Shown here one piece after another: positions 1-10,416 of a stretch of DNA of 64,000 nt. The DNA is taken from positions 21,764-85,763 of IMG/VR virus record IMGVR_UViG_3300034200_001896; one strand, written 5' to 3'. Source of the DNA: a virus. Below the pieces are notes generated by a model. The model ran no database searches, was not told the origin of the DNA, and saw nothing but the letters and a program-made list of their open reading frames with translations. The translations under genes and the position numbers were made by a program. How positions within the stretch are numbered: position 1 is the stretch's first letter; each line of letters opens with the position of its first letter.

Positions 1-4
1 CGCA

Positions 5-2503
5 ATGACGGGAAGTGAATTAAATATAGATTATATTGATTTTGTTCCACAGCCAAGTGCAACACCTCCAGCACAACAAGTAGGAAGAATATTTGTAGAC
101 AATTTATATAATGAAGTTAACACTTGGACTGATGTTACTGGAGTTAAATTGTTGCAAGGACAACAACTTGTATTAAGAGCTAAATGTACCGACATGGCTA
201 CATTTACGAAAGGTACTGTTGTAAGAATTAACGGCGGCACTGGTGCTAATGCTACATTCGTTACCGCTAGCTGGGAAAATGACACAAATTCTGCTGATAC
301 GCTTGGCCTTTTGATGAACAGCGGCGTGACAAACGATTTTGCTTATATAATTATCAACGGATATTTAACAGATATTAATACAGCCGGTTATACTCCCGGT
401 CAAACACTGTATTTATCCTCCAGCGGAAACTATACTAACGTTGTTCCACTATATCCAAATCATGAGGTAAGATTAGGACAAGTGGTTAGAGCGCATGCAA
501 CAGTTGGTAGCGTTTTCGTTCGTGTACAAAATGGTTATGAACTTGGCGAATTACACGATGTTTATACTGGTTCATTAAGTCCCGGCGATTTATTGGTGTA
601 TGAAAATACAGTTAACACTCAATGGACAAACAAAAAACAACTAACTGGTTCCTATGGTTTAACTGGTAGTTTAACAGCCAGCGTTGGTTTATCAGGTGCG
701 TTAGGCTTATTCCCAGTATTAACTGGTTCAAATGTTTCAGGAACAACAGCACAATTTACAACCGTTAGCGGTTCTGCTATTAGTGGTGCATTGATAGGTA
801 CACTAAACACAATTAGTGTTATTAATGCTGGCTCAAACTTGACTGCTTCAAACGTCGGAAGTATCAGAACTTTAGCTTTAACTTCCAGCGTAGCAGGTTT
901 AACTTCTTTGTCAAGCGCAACTGGCAGTTTCACTATTTTATCTGGCTCCACTACGACTGGCTCAACGGCATTATTTACAACTGTAACTGGTAGTACAATA
1001 AGCGGTTCTACTTTATCTTACACAACCTTAAACACCACACAAATGACTTCAAGTGGTAAGATATTGGTTGATAACAACGTAACTATTGGTAATGGTAGCA
1101 ATTCTGTTTCTACTAATATAGCAATCGGTTCCGACGTATTAAGAAGCAATCCTATCGGTGGTATTAATAATTTAGGTATCGGTTATCAATCCCTATATAG
1201 CGCTAATGGCGGAAGCAGTAATCTAGCAATTGGTAATTATTCTTTATATAAAAGCACTACTTCGACTAATAATATAGGTATTGGCGTACAAGCAGGAAAT
1301 GATATTACAACTCAAACAGATAATATTTTAATTGGTCATTTCGCAGGATTTTTAAATAACGGTTCTTACAATGTTGCTTTGGGAAATTTTGCCGGTTATC
1401 GTCTTAAAACAAATCAAAATATAGCTATTGGATATTATGCCTTAAACTCTCATAATGGAACAGGAGCTAGTAATTTTGCTGCTGGTGTAGGCGCAGCACA
1501 AGCAATGGTAACTGGTGCTCAAAACGTTGCTATTGGTGTTAACGCTCTAAATGGTATCATTAATGGAGAAAACAATATAGCTATTGGCGCACAAGCTATG
1601 TCGCCAGTATTAGCGGGTTTTTCTACAGTGACAGCAAGTTTTAATACTGCAATAGGCTTTAATTCTCTAGGCATTATGAGAACTGGTTCACAAAATTTAT
1701 CGATAGGTTATAGTTCTACAACTAATTTGGGAAGTGGTTCTTTCAACTCTGCTATTGGTACAACAGCTTTAAGCTCTTTAAGGACCGGTTCAGCTAATAC
1801 ATCAATAGGTTATAGTGCATTAAGCAGTTTATTAACTGGTAGTAATAACGTAGTTGTCGGTAATTTAGCTGGTTCATCAATACTAACTGGTTCTGGAAAC
1901 GTTATTATTGGTAGTGCAGGCGGTACTAACAATACAGACAACAATATTTATGTTGCCGATGGAGCTGGTAACTTAAGATTGCAAGTAGACAGCAACGGTG
2001 TACTAGATGTAAAATCAGGACAAATTAAATTCCCGTCCGTACAAACAGCTTCAAACGACCCAAATACATTAGATGATTATGAAGAAGGAACATGGACGCC
2101 ATATCTTACTGGCAGTGGCGGCAGTACTGGAATAGCTTATTCCGGCCCTACACCTACACTGGGAAATGTGGGTTTGTATACTAAAATAGGTAAAAGTGTT
2201 GTAGCAATAGGTCATATCAAACTTACTTCGACTGGTTCTGCAAATGGTTCAGTAACAATAGGAAATTTACCGTATGCTTCTTCAATCTGGCCATTAGGCC
2301 CGCATTATTATAGTGTCACATTTCATCAATACACAAATTTTAATTCTTCGATTACAACAATACCATATGGTAGCATAACACAAAATACAGCAATAATAGA
2401 TTTTTATAAGGCTGGCGCAGGCGGCGGAACAGCTTTACAAATATCTGACTTAAGCAATTCTGCAGAATTTAGCTTTATTGCTATTTACGTTGCAACATCT
2501 TAA
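5..2503 (+). CDS. Tail fibre / virion fibre protein (may be 5'-truncated by the window edge)
   Basis: Gly/Ser/Thr-rich with N-x-A-I-G repeats typical of beta-roll fibres; C-terminal DPNTLDDYEEGTWTP block typical of phage fibre tips. Confidence 0.75.
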   Translation: MTGSELNIDYIDFVPQPSATPPAQQVGRIFVDNLYNEVNTWTDVTGVKLLQGQQLVLRAKCTDMATFTKGTVVRINGGTGANATFVTASWENDTNSADTLGLLMNSGVTNDFAYIIINGYLTDINTAGYTPGQTLYLSSSGNYTNVVPLYPNHEVRLGQVVRAHATVGSVFVRVQNGYELGELHDVYTGSLSPGDLLVYENTVNTQWTNKKQLTGSYGLTGSLTASVGLSGALGLFPVLTGSNVSGTTAQFTTVSGSAISGALIGTLNTISVINAGSNLTASNVGSIRTLALTSSVAGLTSLSSATGSFTILSGSTTTGSTALFTTVTGSTISGSTLSYTTLNTTQMTSSGKILVDNNVTIGNGSNSVSTNIAIGSDVLRSNPIGGINNLGIGYQSLYSANGGSSNLAIGNYSLYKSTTSTNNIGIGVQAGNDITTQTDNILIGHFAGFLNNGSYNVALGNFAGYRLKTNQNIAIGYYALNSHNGTGASNFAAGVGAAQAMVTGAQNVAIGVNALNGIINGENNIAIGAQAMSPVLAGFSTVTASFNTAIGFNSLGIMRTGSQNLSIGYSSTTNLGSGSFNSAIGTTALSSLRTGSANTSIGYSALSSLLTGSNNVVVGNLAGSSILTGSGNVIIGSAGGTNNTDNNIYVADGAGNLRLQVDSNGVLDVKSGQIKFPSVQTASNDPNTLDDYEEGTWTPYLTGSGGSTGIAYSGPTPTLGNVGLYTKIGKSVVAIGHIKLTSTGSANGSVTIGNLPYASSIWPLGPHYYSVTFHQYTNFNSSITTIPYGSITQNTAIIDFYKAGAGGGTALQISDLSNSAEFSFIAIYVATS

Positions 2504-2517
2504 AAAGGAGTTATGAA

Positions 2518-2754
2518 ATGGCTTTAACAGAACGTAGTACAATTGATAAAATTGAAGTATTAGAAAACGGCATCATTCAAGTCCGTCGTGCAGACATTGT
2601 GGAAAGAGATGGAGTAGAAATTGCTAAAAGTTATCATCGTTGGACTTTAAGCCCCGGTCAAGATTTAACAGGCCAAGAACAACGTGTTATAGATGTAGCA
2701 AATGCAGTTTGGACACAAGAAGTTATCGCTGCTTATCAACAAATAATTGGATAA
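2518..2754 (+). CDS. Small conserved phage protein, probable fibre-associated/chaperone
   Basis: AGGAG RBS; DKIEVLENGIIQVR...SYHR motif commonly follows DDYEEGTWTP fibres. Confidence 0.6.
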   Translation: MALTERSTIDKIEVLENGIIQVRRADIVERDGVEIAKSYHRWTLSPGQDLTGQEQRVIDVANAVWTQEVIAAYQQIIG

Positions 2755-2758
2755 TAAA

Positions 2759-3097
2759 ATGAAGATTACAAATGAAGATATACGTAATTTAATTAAAGAA
2801 TGTATGGATGATATGGGTTATGGTCAGGCAACAAATTTTGCCCCTCCAATCCAACCAGCTAACCCTGCACAAATGCCCATGCAAAATGCAGACCCAGATG
2901 GATACGAAGGCCGTATGGCAAAAGGAAATCTATTTAAAATGGCAGAATATGCCATGCAATTGCACAACATGATTCAAGATGGACAAAATCTTGAACCTTG
3001 GGTCGAAGAAAAAATAGCTGTTGCTGCCTCTATGTTAGATTCTGTTACACATTATATGCAATACGAAAAAGTTAGAGGCCCGCAGCAAGGGGAATAA
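2759..3097 (+). CDS. Hypothetical (probably virion) protein
   Basis: ORF with EGRMAK..L....YA..L..MI.D...LEPWV.EKI motif seen in large phages. Confidence 0.55.
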   Translation: MKITNEDIRNLIKECMDDMGYGQATNFAPPIQPANPAQMPMQNADPDGYEGRMAKGNLFKMAEYAMQLHNMIQDGQNLEPWVEEKIAVAASMLDSVTHYMQYEKVRGPQQGE

Positions 3098-3098
3098 T

Positions 3099-4694
3099 GT
3101 GCAAGATATCTTTAAAAACTGGAGAAGCTTTTTAAACGAAAGCAAGGTAATAAAAGAAGTGTATCATATAGAGGGTATGTACCTACCAAAAGAATTCATT
3201 TCTAAGCTTCCAAAACCAGTTAAAGATAAAATTGAAGAATATGATGTATTAGATTTTGCTTTTGAAAGATATCGTCAATTATTTCCAGAAATAAAATTAA
3301 CATCTCTACCACAAAAATTCCTTGTTCCATATGGCTCTGGAGAGGAATTGTTATTTGATTTTTCTTCTGATTCAACTCCAGAGACACAAGCTAGAAAACC
3401 CACACCAGATGAAATGGAACAGAGAAATAAATCTATTCCAGTACTTCCTAAAAATTGGTATAACGCTTTTCTTAATCGTCTAGGAGAGCCATTACTGACA
3501 GAAAGCAAGCATAAGCGTGACTTATCTTTAGTAACGACTCTAGCGGTTTTTGATTTTGACCACACTTTATATAAAAGTCCAGAGGCTCCAAAGGGTCATA
3601 AAGGTAATTGGCATATCAAACCCGAATCCCTTCCAGAAAATCCTAAAGATAAATCTTGGAATAATGAGATAGTAATCAAAGCACAGGAACTTTGTGATGA
3701 CCCATCTGTTTACTGTGTCATGATGACGGGTCGTGTAGGAAATGTGTTTGGTGAAAAGATAGATAATTATTTTAAACAACGTGGATTAAACTTTGCTAAA
3801 ACTTTTTATAATGAATTCGGTGGCGATACCGCTGACTATAAGATTGATAACATTAATAAACTTCTTAACAAATTATCAAATGTAAAATCGTTAATTATGT
3901 GGGACGATGATAGGGAAAAGGCAGAGAAATATTCTGAAGAGTTTGCAGACAAAATAGATTATAAGATACACATGGTCGGCGATGAAGAATTATCAGAAAG
4001 TAAATTTGAAGAAGTAAAATATGATGTAAATAATGTCGGTCTATTAACTTTAGATAAACGTAAATTCATTCTTTTCGATACTAAAAGATTAATTGATTTT
4101 GTTTCGCAATTACCAAAAGATAATCCAGATATGGATAGCGCTGCATTAATAGATAACAATATTACTTTATCTTATGCAGCAGTAACTCCAAATGATAAGT
4201 TAAAAAATCCCTGCATGGGTGCTGCTGAAAGAAGTATATTAGCGCAGAATCCAAGTATAAAAGGTTCTGGAATGGGCAGATACATGATGTCTGTTTTATT
4301 TAAGTTCTATCCAGAGGGTATAATGAATGATAGAGGTGATGTTAGCCCTATGGCTAAACAATCAGCTAGATTATTAGCGTTATCAGGCTTGGCTAAGATT
4401 AAGAAAATAAAAGACGGCGATGAGATTCTTGATAAATTAGATGATATTGATAATCCAAAAACAGCAACAAAAAAAGATGATTGCGAAGTTCATAATGATG
4501 ATTTGTTAGATAGAGTATATCAATACAACGACCCTAACGTAAATGAGCAAGCGTTATTAAAGAAATCACAAGAAGCCCTACAGGTCTGTGAACAAATAAC
4601 AGAAGGTAATTGGCCCACATATGCATTAGAAGATTTAATAGAAGCTTCAGGAATGGCTCTTTATTATAGAAGTATAGATACTTCTAATATGTAA
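3099..4694 (+). CDS. Multidomain protein with HAD (Swiss-Army-knife RNA-repair-like) phosphatase domain
   Basis: VFDFDHTLYKSP (HAD motif I), MMTGR (motif II), K, WDDD (motif IV). Confidence 0.65.
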   Translation: MQDIFKNWRSFLNESKVIKEVYHIEGMYLPKEFISKLPKPVKDKIEEYDVLDFAFERYRQLFPEIKLTSLPQKFLVPYGSGEELLFDFSSDSTPETQARKPTPDEMEQRNKSIPVLPKNWYNAFLNRLGEPLLTESKHKRDLSLVTTLAVFDFDHTLYKSPEAPKGHKGNWHIKPESLPENPKDKSWNNEIVIKAQELCDDPSVYCVMMTGRVGNVFGEKIDNYFKQRGLNFAKTFYNEFGGDTADYKIDNINKLLNKLSNVKSLIMWDDDREKAEKYSEEFADKIDYKIHMVGDEELSESKFEEVKYDVNNVGLLTLDKRKFILFDTKRLIDFVSQLPKDNPDMDSAALIDNNITLSYAAVTPNDKLKNPCMGAAERSILAQNPSIKGSGMGRYMMSVLFKFYPEGIMNDRGDVSPMAKQSARLLALSGLAKIKKIKDGDEILDKLDDIDNPKTATKKDDCEVHNDDLLDRVYQYNDPNVNEQALLKKSQEALQVCEQITEGNWPTYALEDLIEASGMALYYRSIDTSNM

Positions 4695-4775
4695 ATTAAA
4701 AAGGCTTAACAAACTTTTTTCTCTTTGGTATAGATACTACTACTTAGTTGTACTTTCTTAAGGAGCTAACTATCT

Positions 4776-5054
4776 ATGTGCATGATTTGTAAGGGTCTAG
4801 AAAAGGGTAAGTTCTCACCAGAAGATGCCCGTGAAAAACTTGAAGAGTTCGTTGATTTAGATTTGCTAGACGAAGACCACCAAGAAGAAGTAGAGTCCCT
4901 TATTGCTGAAGCGGAAGAAGAGGAATTCTATTGGGCTTCAGCTAAGAAAGATGTGCGTAAATACGAAGACTATGATGATGAATACGTAGACGAAGAAGAA
5001 TATGCAGATGATTATTCCTATCCCGACGATGAAGAAGAACCGTTAGAAGACTAA
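4776..5054 (+). CDS. Small acidic protein with N-terminal CxxC
   Basis: AGGAG RBS, ACTACTTA box upstream, Asp/Glu-rich. Confidence 0.6.
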   Translation: MCMICKGLEKGKFSPEDAREKLEEFVDLDLLDEDHQEEVESLIAEAEEEEFYWASAKKDVRKYEDYDDEYVDEEEYADDYSYPDDEEEPLED

Positions 5055-5062
5055 TTATATGC

Positions 5063-5755
5063 ATGAAGTTTATTTGCGACCACACCTATGGTTTCGGCAA
5101 AATGCGGAATCAGAACATTATCTATGTTCCGTTTGGTGTGATGTTGGAGCCAAATGAATATAAAGAATATCTAGAACAAGGTTGGTATCCAGCAACAAAT
5201 GATATATGGTTTCAAACACGCAGCACGCGAATAAACTTAGAACATTATAAGCCAACAAAAACAGTATTACGTCTGGCAAAGAAGGTTAAATACTTTCCAG
5301 ACGTAAACATGACCCCAGCCAAACGTGAAAGATTAGCACGAATCTATGACAAGTATATCGAACACAAAGGCTATAGTGATGATATGTCAATTGATGATAT
5401 TATCACTAATAGTCACGGGCATATCTACTATGTATATAATAATGAAATCGTTGCATTTGCGTTTTATAAAGTTATCGAAGATGCTTACTTGGGCATAGAA
5501 TTTGCGTGGGATTATGGCGAACCAAAACTTTCTTTGGGTCATGTCAATGTATATTACAATTCTCTTTTTGCTCGTTTCAAGCGTTGTAAATATATTTACC
5601 TATCTTCTGGATATGAAAGTTGTTCCATTTATAAAAGCCAATATCCGGGCTTTGAGTGGTGGCTTGGTTACCAATGGTCTACGGACGTTGAAATGTATAG
5701 AGAATTATGTAAAAGGGATGATGAAATAAAGATAGAAGCTGGAGACTTAATATAA
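5063..5755 (+). CDS. Aminoacyl-tRNA--protein transferase (ATE1/Bpt-like, GNAT fold)
   Basis: YLEQGW...RSTRI N-terminal motif; WDY..PKLSLG...Y.YL..GY..CS.YK.QY C-terminal motif resembling ATE_C. Confidence 0.65.
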   Translation: MKFICDHTYGFGKMRNQNIIYVPFGVMLEPNEYKEYLEQGWYPATNDIWFQTRSTRINLEHYKPTKTVLRLAKKVKYFPDVNMTPAKRERLARIYDKYIEHKGYSDDMSIDDIITNSHGHIYYVYNNEIVAFAFYKVIEDAYLGIEFAWDYGEPKLSLGHVNVYYNSLFARFKRCKYIYLSSGYESCSIYKSQYPGFEWWLGYQWSTDVEMYRELCKRDDEIKIEAGDLI

Positions 5756-5818
5756 AGTTGTTAACAGCAAGATGTTCTGTGATACTATCAGTTATGTTGT
5801 TCAGCCAGTGAGGGATAA

Positions 5819-6814
5819 ATGATTGATTACGCTGATGTTATTGTTGACTTGGCTTATGGTGATTCCGGTAAGGGAAAAGTAACGCACTTACTTAGTAAGA
5901 GTGGTGAATATACACATTGTATTAGGTACAATGGGTCGAATAATGCAGGCCATACAATCTATCATGAGGGTAAAAAGATTGTAACACATTCAATTCCTAC
6001 AGGGGTTGTGCATGGTGTCAAGTCTATTATTGGCCCCGGTTGTGTAATGAATGTTAAGCAATTCTTTGATGAACTTAAGGAGTTGCAAGATGCCGGTATT
6101 AACACTGACGGTCTTGTATATATTGCAAAGAACGTTCATATCATCACAGAAGAGCACTTGCAAGAAGATAGACAAGATGCTAAGATAGGTACAACGAAGC
6201 GAGGCAACGGTCCAGCATATCGTGATAAGTACGCTAGGAAAGGAATTCGCGCAGAACAGATTCCAGAATTACAAAACTATTTAATAGACATATATGAAGA
6301 GCTTCATAGTGACAATACAAGATGTCGCATCCTTTTTGAAGGGGCTCAAGGATTTGGTTTGGATATCGACTTTGGTGATTATCCTTATTGCACTAGCTCC
6401 ACATGCACAGTTGGCGCTGCTGTTGCTAACGGCGTTCCTCCAAGCAAAATTAGGAATGTATGGGGAATAACTAAAGTATATGAGACATATGTTGGTGGTA
6501 AAAAGTTTGAACCTGATGAACCTATATTTAAACATATTCGTGAACTTGGTGGTGAATATGGTGCCACAACTGGTCGTCCTCGTCAATGCAATTGGATAAA
6601 TACAGCTCTATTACGCAAAGCTGCCAGAATCAACGGTGTTAATCGTGTTGTGTTTAATAAGGCAGATATCCTTCGCAAGATTAATCAATGGAAGGCATAT
6701 GATGTAAATGGTAATCTTATTAACTTCCAAGATGAAGAGCTAATGAAACAATGGATGCAAGAAGTATTACCAGATGTAAAGATTTATTGGAGTGATTCAC
6801 CCGATAAATTGTAA
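5819..6814 (+). CDS. purA: Adenylosuccinate synthetase (short form)
   Basis: GDSGKGK, NAGHT, IGTTKRGNGPAY, FEGAQG..LDIDFGDYPY, EYGATTGRPR, NKAD motifs. Confidence 0.95.
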   Translation: MIDYADVIVDLAYGDSGKGKVTHLLSKSGEYTHCIRYNGSNNAGHTIYHEGKKIVTHSIPTGVVHGVKSIIGPGCVMNVKQFFDELKELQDAGINTDGLVYIAKNVHIITEEHLQEDRQDAKIGTTKRGNGPAYRDKYARKGIRAEQIPELQNYLIDIYEELHSDNTRCRILFEGAQGFGLDIDFGDYPYCTSSTCTVGAAVANGVPPSKIRNVWGITKVYETYVGGKKFEPDEPIFKHIRELGGEYGATTGRPRQCNWINTALLRKAARINGVNRVVFNKADILRKINQWKAYDVNGNLINFQDEELMKQWMQEVLPDVKIYWSDSPDKL

Positions 6815-6911
6815 ATTAAAAAAGAATATAAAGTGCTTTACAAGAAGAAGCAGTAGAAGTATAGTAGATACATCAACTGAGCCGAAAGGCTCCATAACCA
6901 AGGAGAAATAA

Positions 6912-7190
6912 ATGTCTAACCGTACCAATTCAACCCGTCGTTCTTCCACCCGCAACTCCCGTCCAGTTTATAATGTAACTGAAAAGGGCGTATATCGTCG
7001 TGAGCGCAAGCTTTCACGTATCGGCATGGGAATTCGTCGTGGTGATACCCGTCACGGTGATTATTCCAACGTAGTACTTTGGAAGCCAACTGACAGCGAT
7101 GGTCCGTCCCGCCGTTTCGTAATGTCCCTTGCTGAAGCACGTGCATTCAAGGCATTCCTTGACCGTGAGCTTCAAACTCTCGCTCGCTAA
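6912..7190 (+). CDS. Small basic hypothetical protein
   Basis: AGGAG RBS; upstream TTTACA-N17-TATAGT promoter. Confidence 0.6.
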   Translation: MSNRTNSTRRSSTRNSRPVYNVTEKGVYRRERKLSRIGMGIRRGDTRHGDYSNVVLWKPTDSDGPSRRFVMSLAEARAFKAFLDRELQTLAR

Positions 7191-7243
7191 ATAAAAAGCA
7201 GCAAGACTAAAATAGAATAGTTGCAAATCTGCCGCCCACCTGA

Positions 7244-7264
7244 TACAATCAGGTGGGCGTTTTG
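7244..7264 (+). terminator. Probable intrinsic terminator
   Basis: GCCCACCTGAT/ATCAGGTGGGC hairpin (about 7234-7258) followed by GTTTTT. Confidence 0.55.
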
Positions 7265-7277
7265 CATTGGAGATACA

Positions 7278-7733
7278 ATGACTGAAAACAAAACTAACAT
7301 TTTAAAAGTTGCATTTCCTAATTTTATTCGTGAGAGTTTTTATATTGAATGTGGTAATGGTTGGTTTGATATTATTGCAGAGGTTTGTCAATTTATTGAA
7401 TCAAAAACAAAATATTGCCACGCTCAACAAATTAAAGAAAAGTTCGGCCTACTCAGAATCTATTTCGATTGTGATTACGATGAAAATGGTGAACCATTAA
7501 CCGATAGAGATACAATGGAAGAAATATATTCCTTTATTAATAAAAAAGAAAGCGAAAGTAAAAACATATGTGAAGATTGTGGTATAAAGCTTGTAGAAGA
7601 TAACAGGGCTAAGAAAGAACATCTTGGTTATTGGATTGCAAATATCTGTATGGATTGTCTTGATAGAACAAATCGGGAAGCATCAGAAAGATTAGAAAAA
7701 AAGATTTATAAGACCCTTAAAGAAAAGCCATGA
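7278..7733 (+). CDS. Conserved phage hypothetical protein (QIKEKFGxLRxY family, CxxC pairs)
   Basis: CGNGW..II, QIKEKFGLLRIY, CEDCG, CMDC; GGAG RBS. Confidence 0.65.
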   Translation: MTENKTNILKVAFPNFIRESFYIECGNGWFDIIAEVCQFIESKTKYCHAQQIKEKFGLLRIYFDCDYDENGEPLTDRDTMEEIYSFINKKESESKNICEDCGIKLVEDNRAKKEHLGYWIANICMDCLDRTNREASERLEKKIYKTLKEKP

Positions 7734-9795
7734 GTGAATTTAAATTAGGAGACTTAGTTGAATTCATCCCAGAAAACTTTGATTATCCAAATTATACATA
7801 TCGCTTAATAGGTATTGGTTATATAGAACAAATTACAGAAGATAATATTTATTTCGTTTATTGCGGTAAAGTTATAAAACAACAAATGAAAAACTTTGCA
7901 GAACTAGAATTAAAAGATAAAACCTTTTCTTTTACGGAAGAAATAATGAGGATAATATGCAGGAAGATAAATTCAAAGTAGGAGACTTGTTAGAATTTTG
8001 TACAGAAAAGCAGCAGCTATGGAATCACGATGACTTGATTTATGAAGGTTACGGAATGGTTGTTTCTATTGAGCCGGGAGAACATATAGATGAAATGATA
8101 TATACAGTTGATATTTATAAAGGCACAGAAACAAGTATAAAGGCTAATGCCGATATATCTGGATTTAAGTTTAAACTTTACGAGTCACAAATTCATCATG
8201 ATATGAGGTTACTAAATGCGGGAACTAAAAATAAAACCAGAGATAGGTAAATTATATAAATTCCGAGAAGATAATCGTGAAGCACTGTTAAAAAAATATA
8301 GTCACCATTATACTGGCTTGCTTTTATGTATTCAGACAGATATAATAAATGATATAAGCGTTCCAGAATCTGTAAAAAATTGGGTTCAACATCCTAATCC
8401 TATATATCAATTTGAAGTTTATAACTGCGTACAGATATTTGCACAAATAGATTTTTTCGGTAGAAAAGAAATAATTATTAAGTCTCCTTTGTATTTAACT
8501 CTTTTTGAACTAAACGATATGATAGAGGATGCATATGGCAAGAAAGAAACATAAAATTGGTGATTTAGTTTTATGCACTCCACAAGAAGAAGATGTTCGG
8601 TTTGTTTTTGGAATCATAAAAAGCTACGACCGTCAATTTTACTTTGTCGATTGGACCGATGGTAATCATGACACGGAACCTTATTCTTGGCACGAAATTC
8701 AACACTGGAAAGAGATATTACAAAAACATGTTAAAGGTCGGTGATTTAATAATGAATAAGTTTGGTAATCTTGGAATGATAACCAGTTTAGTTTATCATC
8801 CAACTATTAAAAAATATAATAGTGGTTATGTTGAGTGGTATCCATATAATCCAAAACAAGGTAAAATTAATTTATCTATTTCTAAACTAGAAGAATATAG
8901 AGATAACTTTACTGGTTATATGTTTTTAGAAAAACGCGGGGCACGGGTAGAATGAAAAAACGCGAAGCGCCTAAAAAAATTTTTCCTCCCGGCTCACTCA
9001 TCGCCATGCGTGATAGTAAATTAATAGGTATGATAGTAGAATATGACTACGATTCCAACCTCCATGATTGGTATCGTGTTGAATGGTTTGGTGCGAACGG
9101 CGAAATTGGATGGATGGAAACCCTAACATCACACGAAATAAAGATATACACCCGTGAATATAAGCAATTGCGTAAAGACCTTGGCATCTAGAAAGACTAT
9201 GGTATCATGTATCTATGAATCAGTTCCTTGGACACTTGGTAATGAATTATGCTTACAGGTTAGGAATGGTTATCTATACAGATATAGATAATGGTTGGCA
9301 TACGGTTGAATGGTTGGGCGGCAACATAGAAATCGCCAGTTATCCTACATTTTCAATAACCAATTTTATCAGGACATACGAAAATTATAAGGATGAAAAC
9401 AAGCTATGAACGAAAGCGAACTTTATCGTGTTGGAGAATTGGTGCATTCCCGCCATGCAGGATATGGAATAATTACAAGTGTATACCAACACGGTGCAAC
9501 TATCTATTGGTTTGAACTTAAGAAATATAGTCCCGAAGCATTTCATTGGGTAGCAACGTTTAAAAAGGATTTGTATAATAAATTACGGGGTGAAGAAGAA
9601 TGAAATACGCAATCGGTGACCTTGTGGCGTTTGGTTATAAAATCGGCATGATAACCAATTATGATGTTAAAGATAAAACATATCAAGTTGAATGGGCGGC
9701 AAATCGCTTAGAGCTTATTCCAGAGGAACGTGTTGGTGCCCTACGCGAACACTTTGTGACACTCAGGAATTTGCTAAAGCTATCAGGATATTCTA

Positions 9796-10014
9796 ATGGA
9801 ATTTAAGATTGGTGATTTGATAGCGGTGGAAACAATAAACTCTTATCATAAAACAAGTAAAATAAATTTAGGAATGATTGTTGAAATTATATCAAATAGC
9901 GATACTCCTTATCGTGTAGAATGGTATGGATTACAAGTGAACCGTCCAGTATACATGCGACAAAGCATTGAACATATGCGTAGAACTTATATAAATTTTC
10001 GTAAAACAATATGA
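9796..10014 (+). CDS. KOW/Tudor-like paralogue (representative)
   Basis: MEFKIGDLIA...LGMIVE...YRVEWYG. Confidence 0.75.
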   Translation: MEFKIGDLIAVETINSYHKTSKINLGMIVEIISNSDTPYRVEWYGLQVNRPVYMRQSIEHMRRTYINFRKTI

Positions 10015-10220
10015 ACTTTAAGATTGGTGACTTGGTAGCAACTCCGCAATGGACATTGCATGGCGATAAAACGTGCTTGGGCATGATTGTTGCCAGAAAC
10101 ACAAGCAGTTGGAAGGTAGATTGGTATGGAATAGAAGTGGAATTTTCTTGGTATACACCAGATGATATAAAACTATTTCGTAATAATTATTTAAAGTTGC
10201 GTAAGGAAAATGGAATTTAA
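10011..10220 (+). CDS. KOW/Tudor-like paralogue
   Basis: MNFKIGDLVAT..WT...KTCLGMIV...WKVDWYG; close duplicate of next gene. Confidence 0.75.
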   Translation: MNFKIGDLVATPQWTLHGDKTCLGMIVARNTSSWKVDWYGIEVEFSWYTPDDIKLFRNNYLKLRKENGI

Positions 10221-10416
10221 ACTTGGTGATTTAGTTGCCACAGATGCTTGGACACCAGAAGGATATAAAACATGCTTAGGCATGCTTGTATATAGAAGAG
10301 ATGATTTATATTGGAAAGTTGATTGGTATGGTTGTTATGTTAAAACGCCTTGGTATTTACCATATGAATTAAAACCGATGCGTGAAAAATATTTAGAATT
10401 ACGTGACAACTTATGA
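10210..10416 (+). CDS. KOW/Tudor-like paralogue
   Basis: MEFKLGDLVAT..WT...KTCLGMLV...WKVDWYG. Confidence 0.75.
   Translation: MEFKLGDLVATDAWTPEGYKTCLGMLVYRRDDLYWKVDWYGCYVKTPWYLPYELKPMREKYLELRDNL

Noticed and set aside
5819-6814. PurZ (2-aminoadenine DNA pathway)
   Set aside because: The catalytic Asp of GDxGKG and the TTGRxR loop are retained as in PurA; PurZ has Ser at that Asp, and no dATPase or MazZ partner is evident in the window
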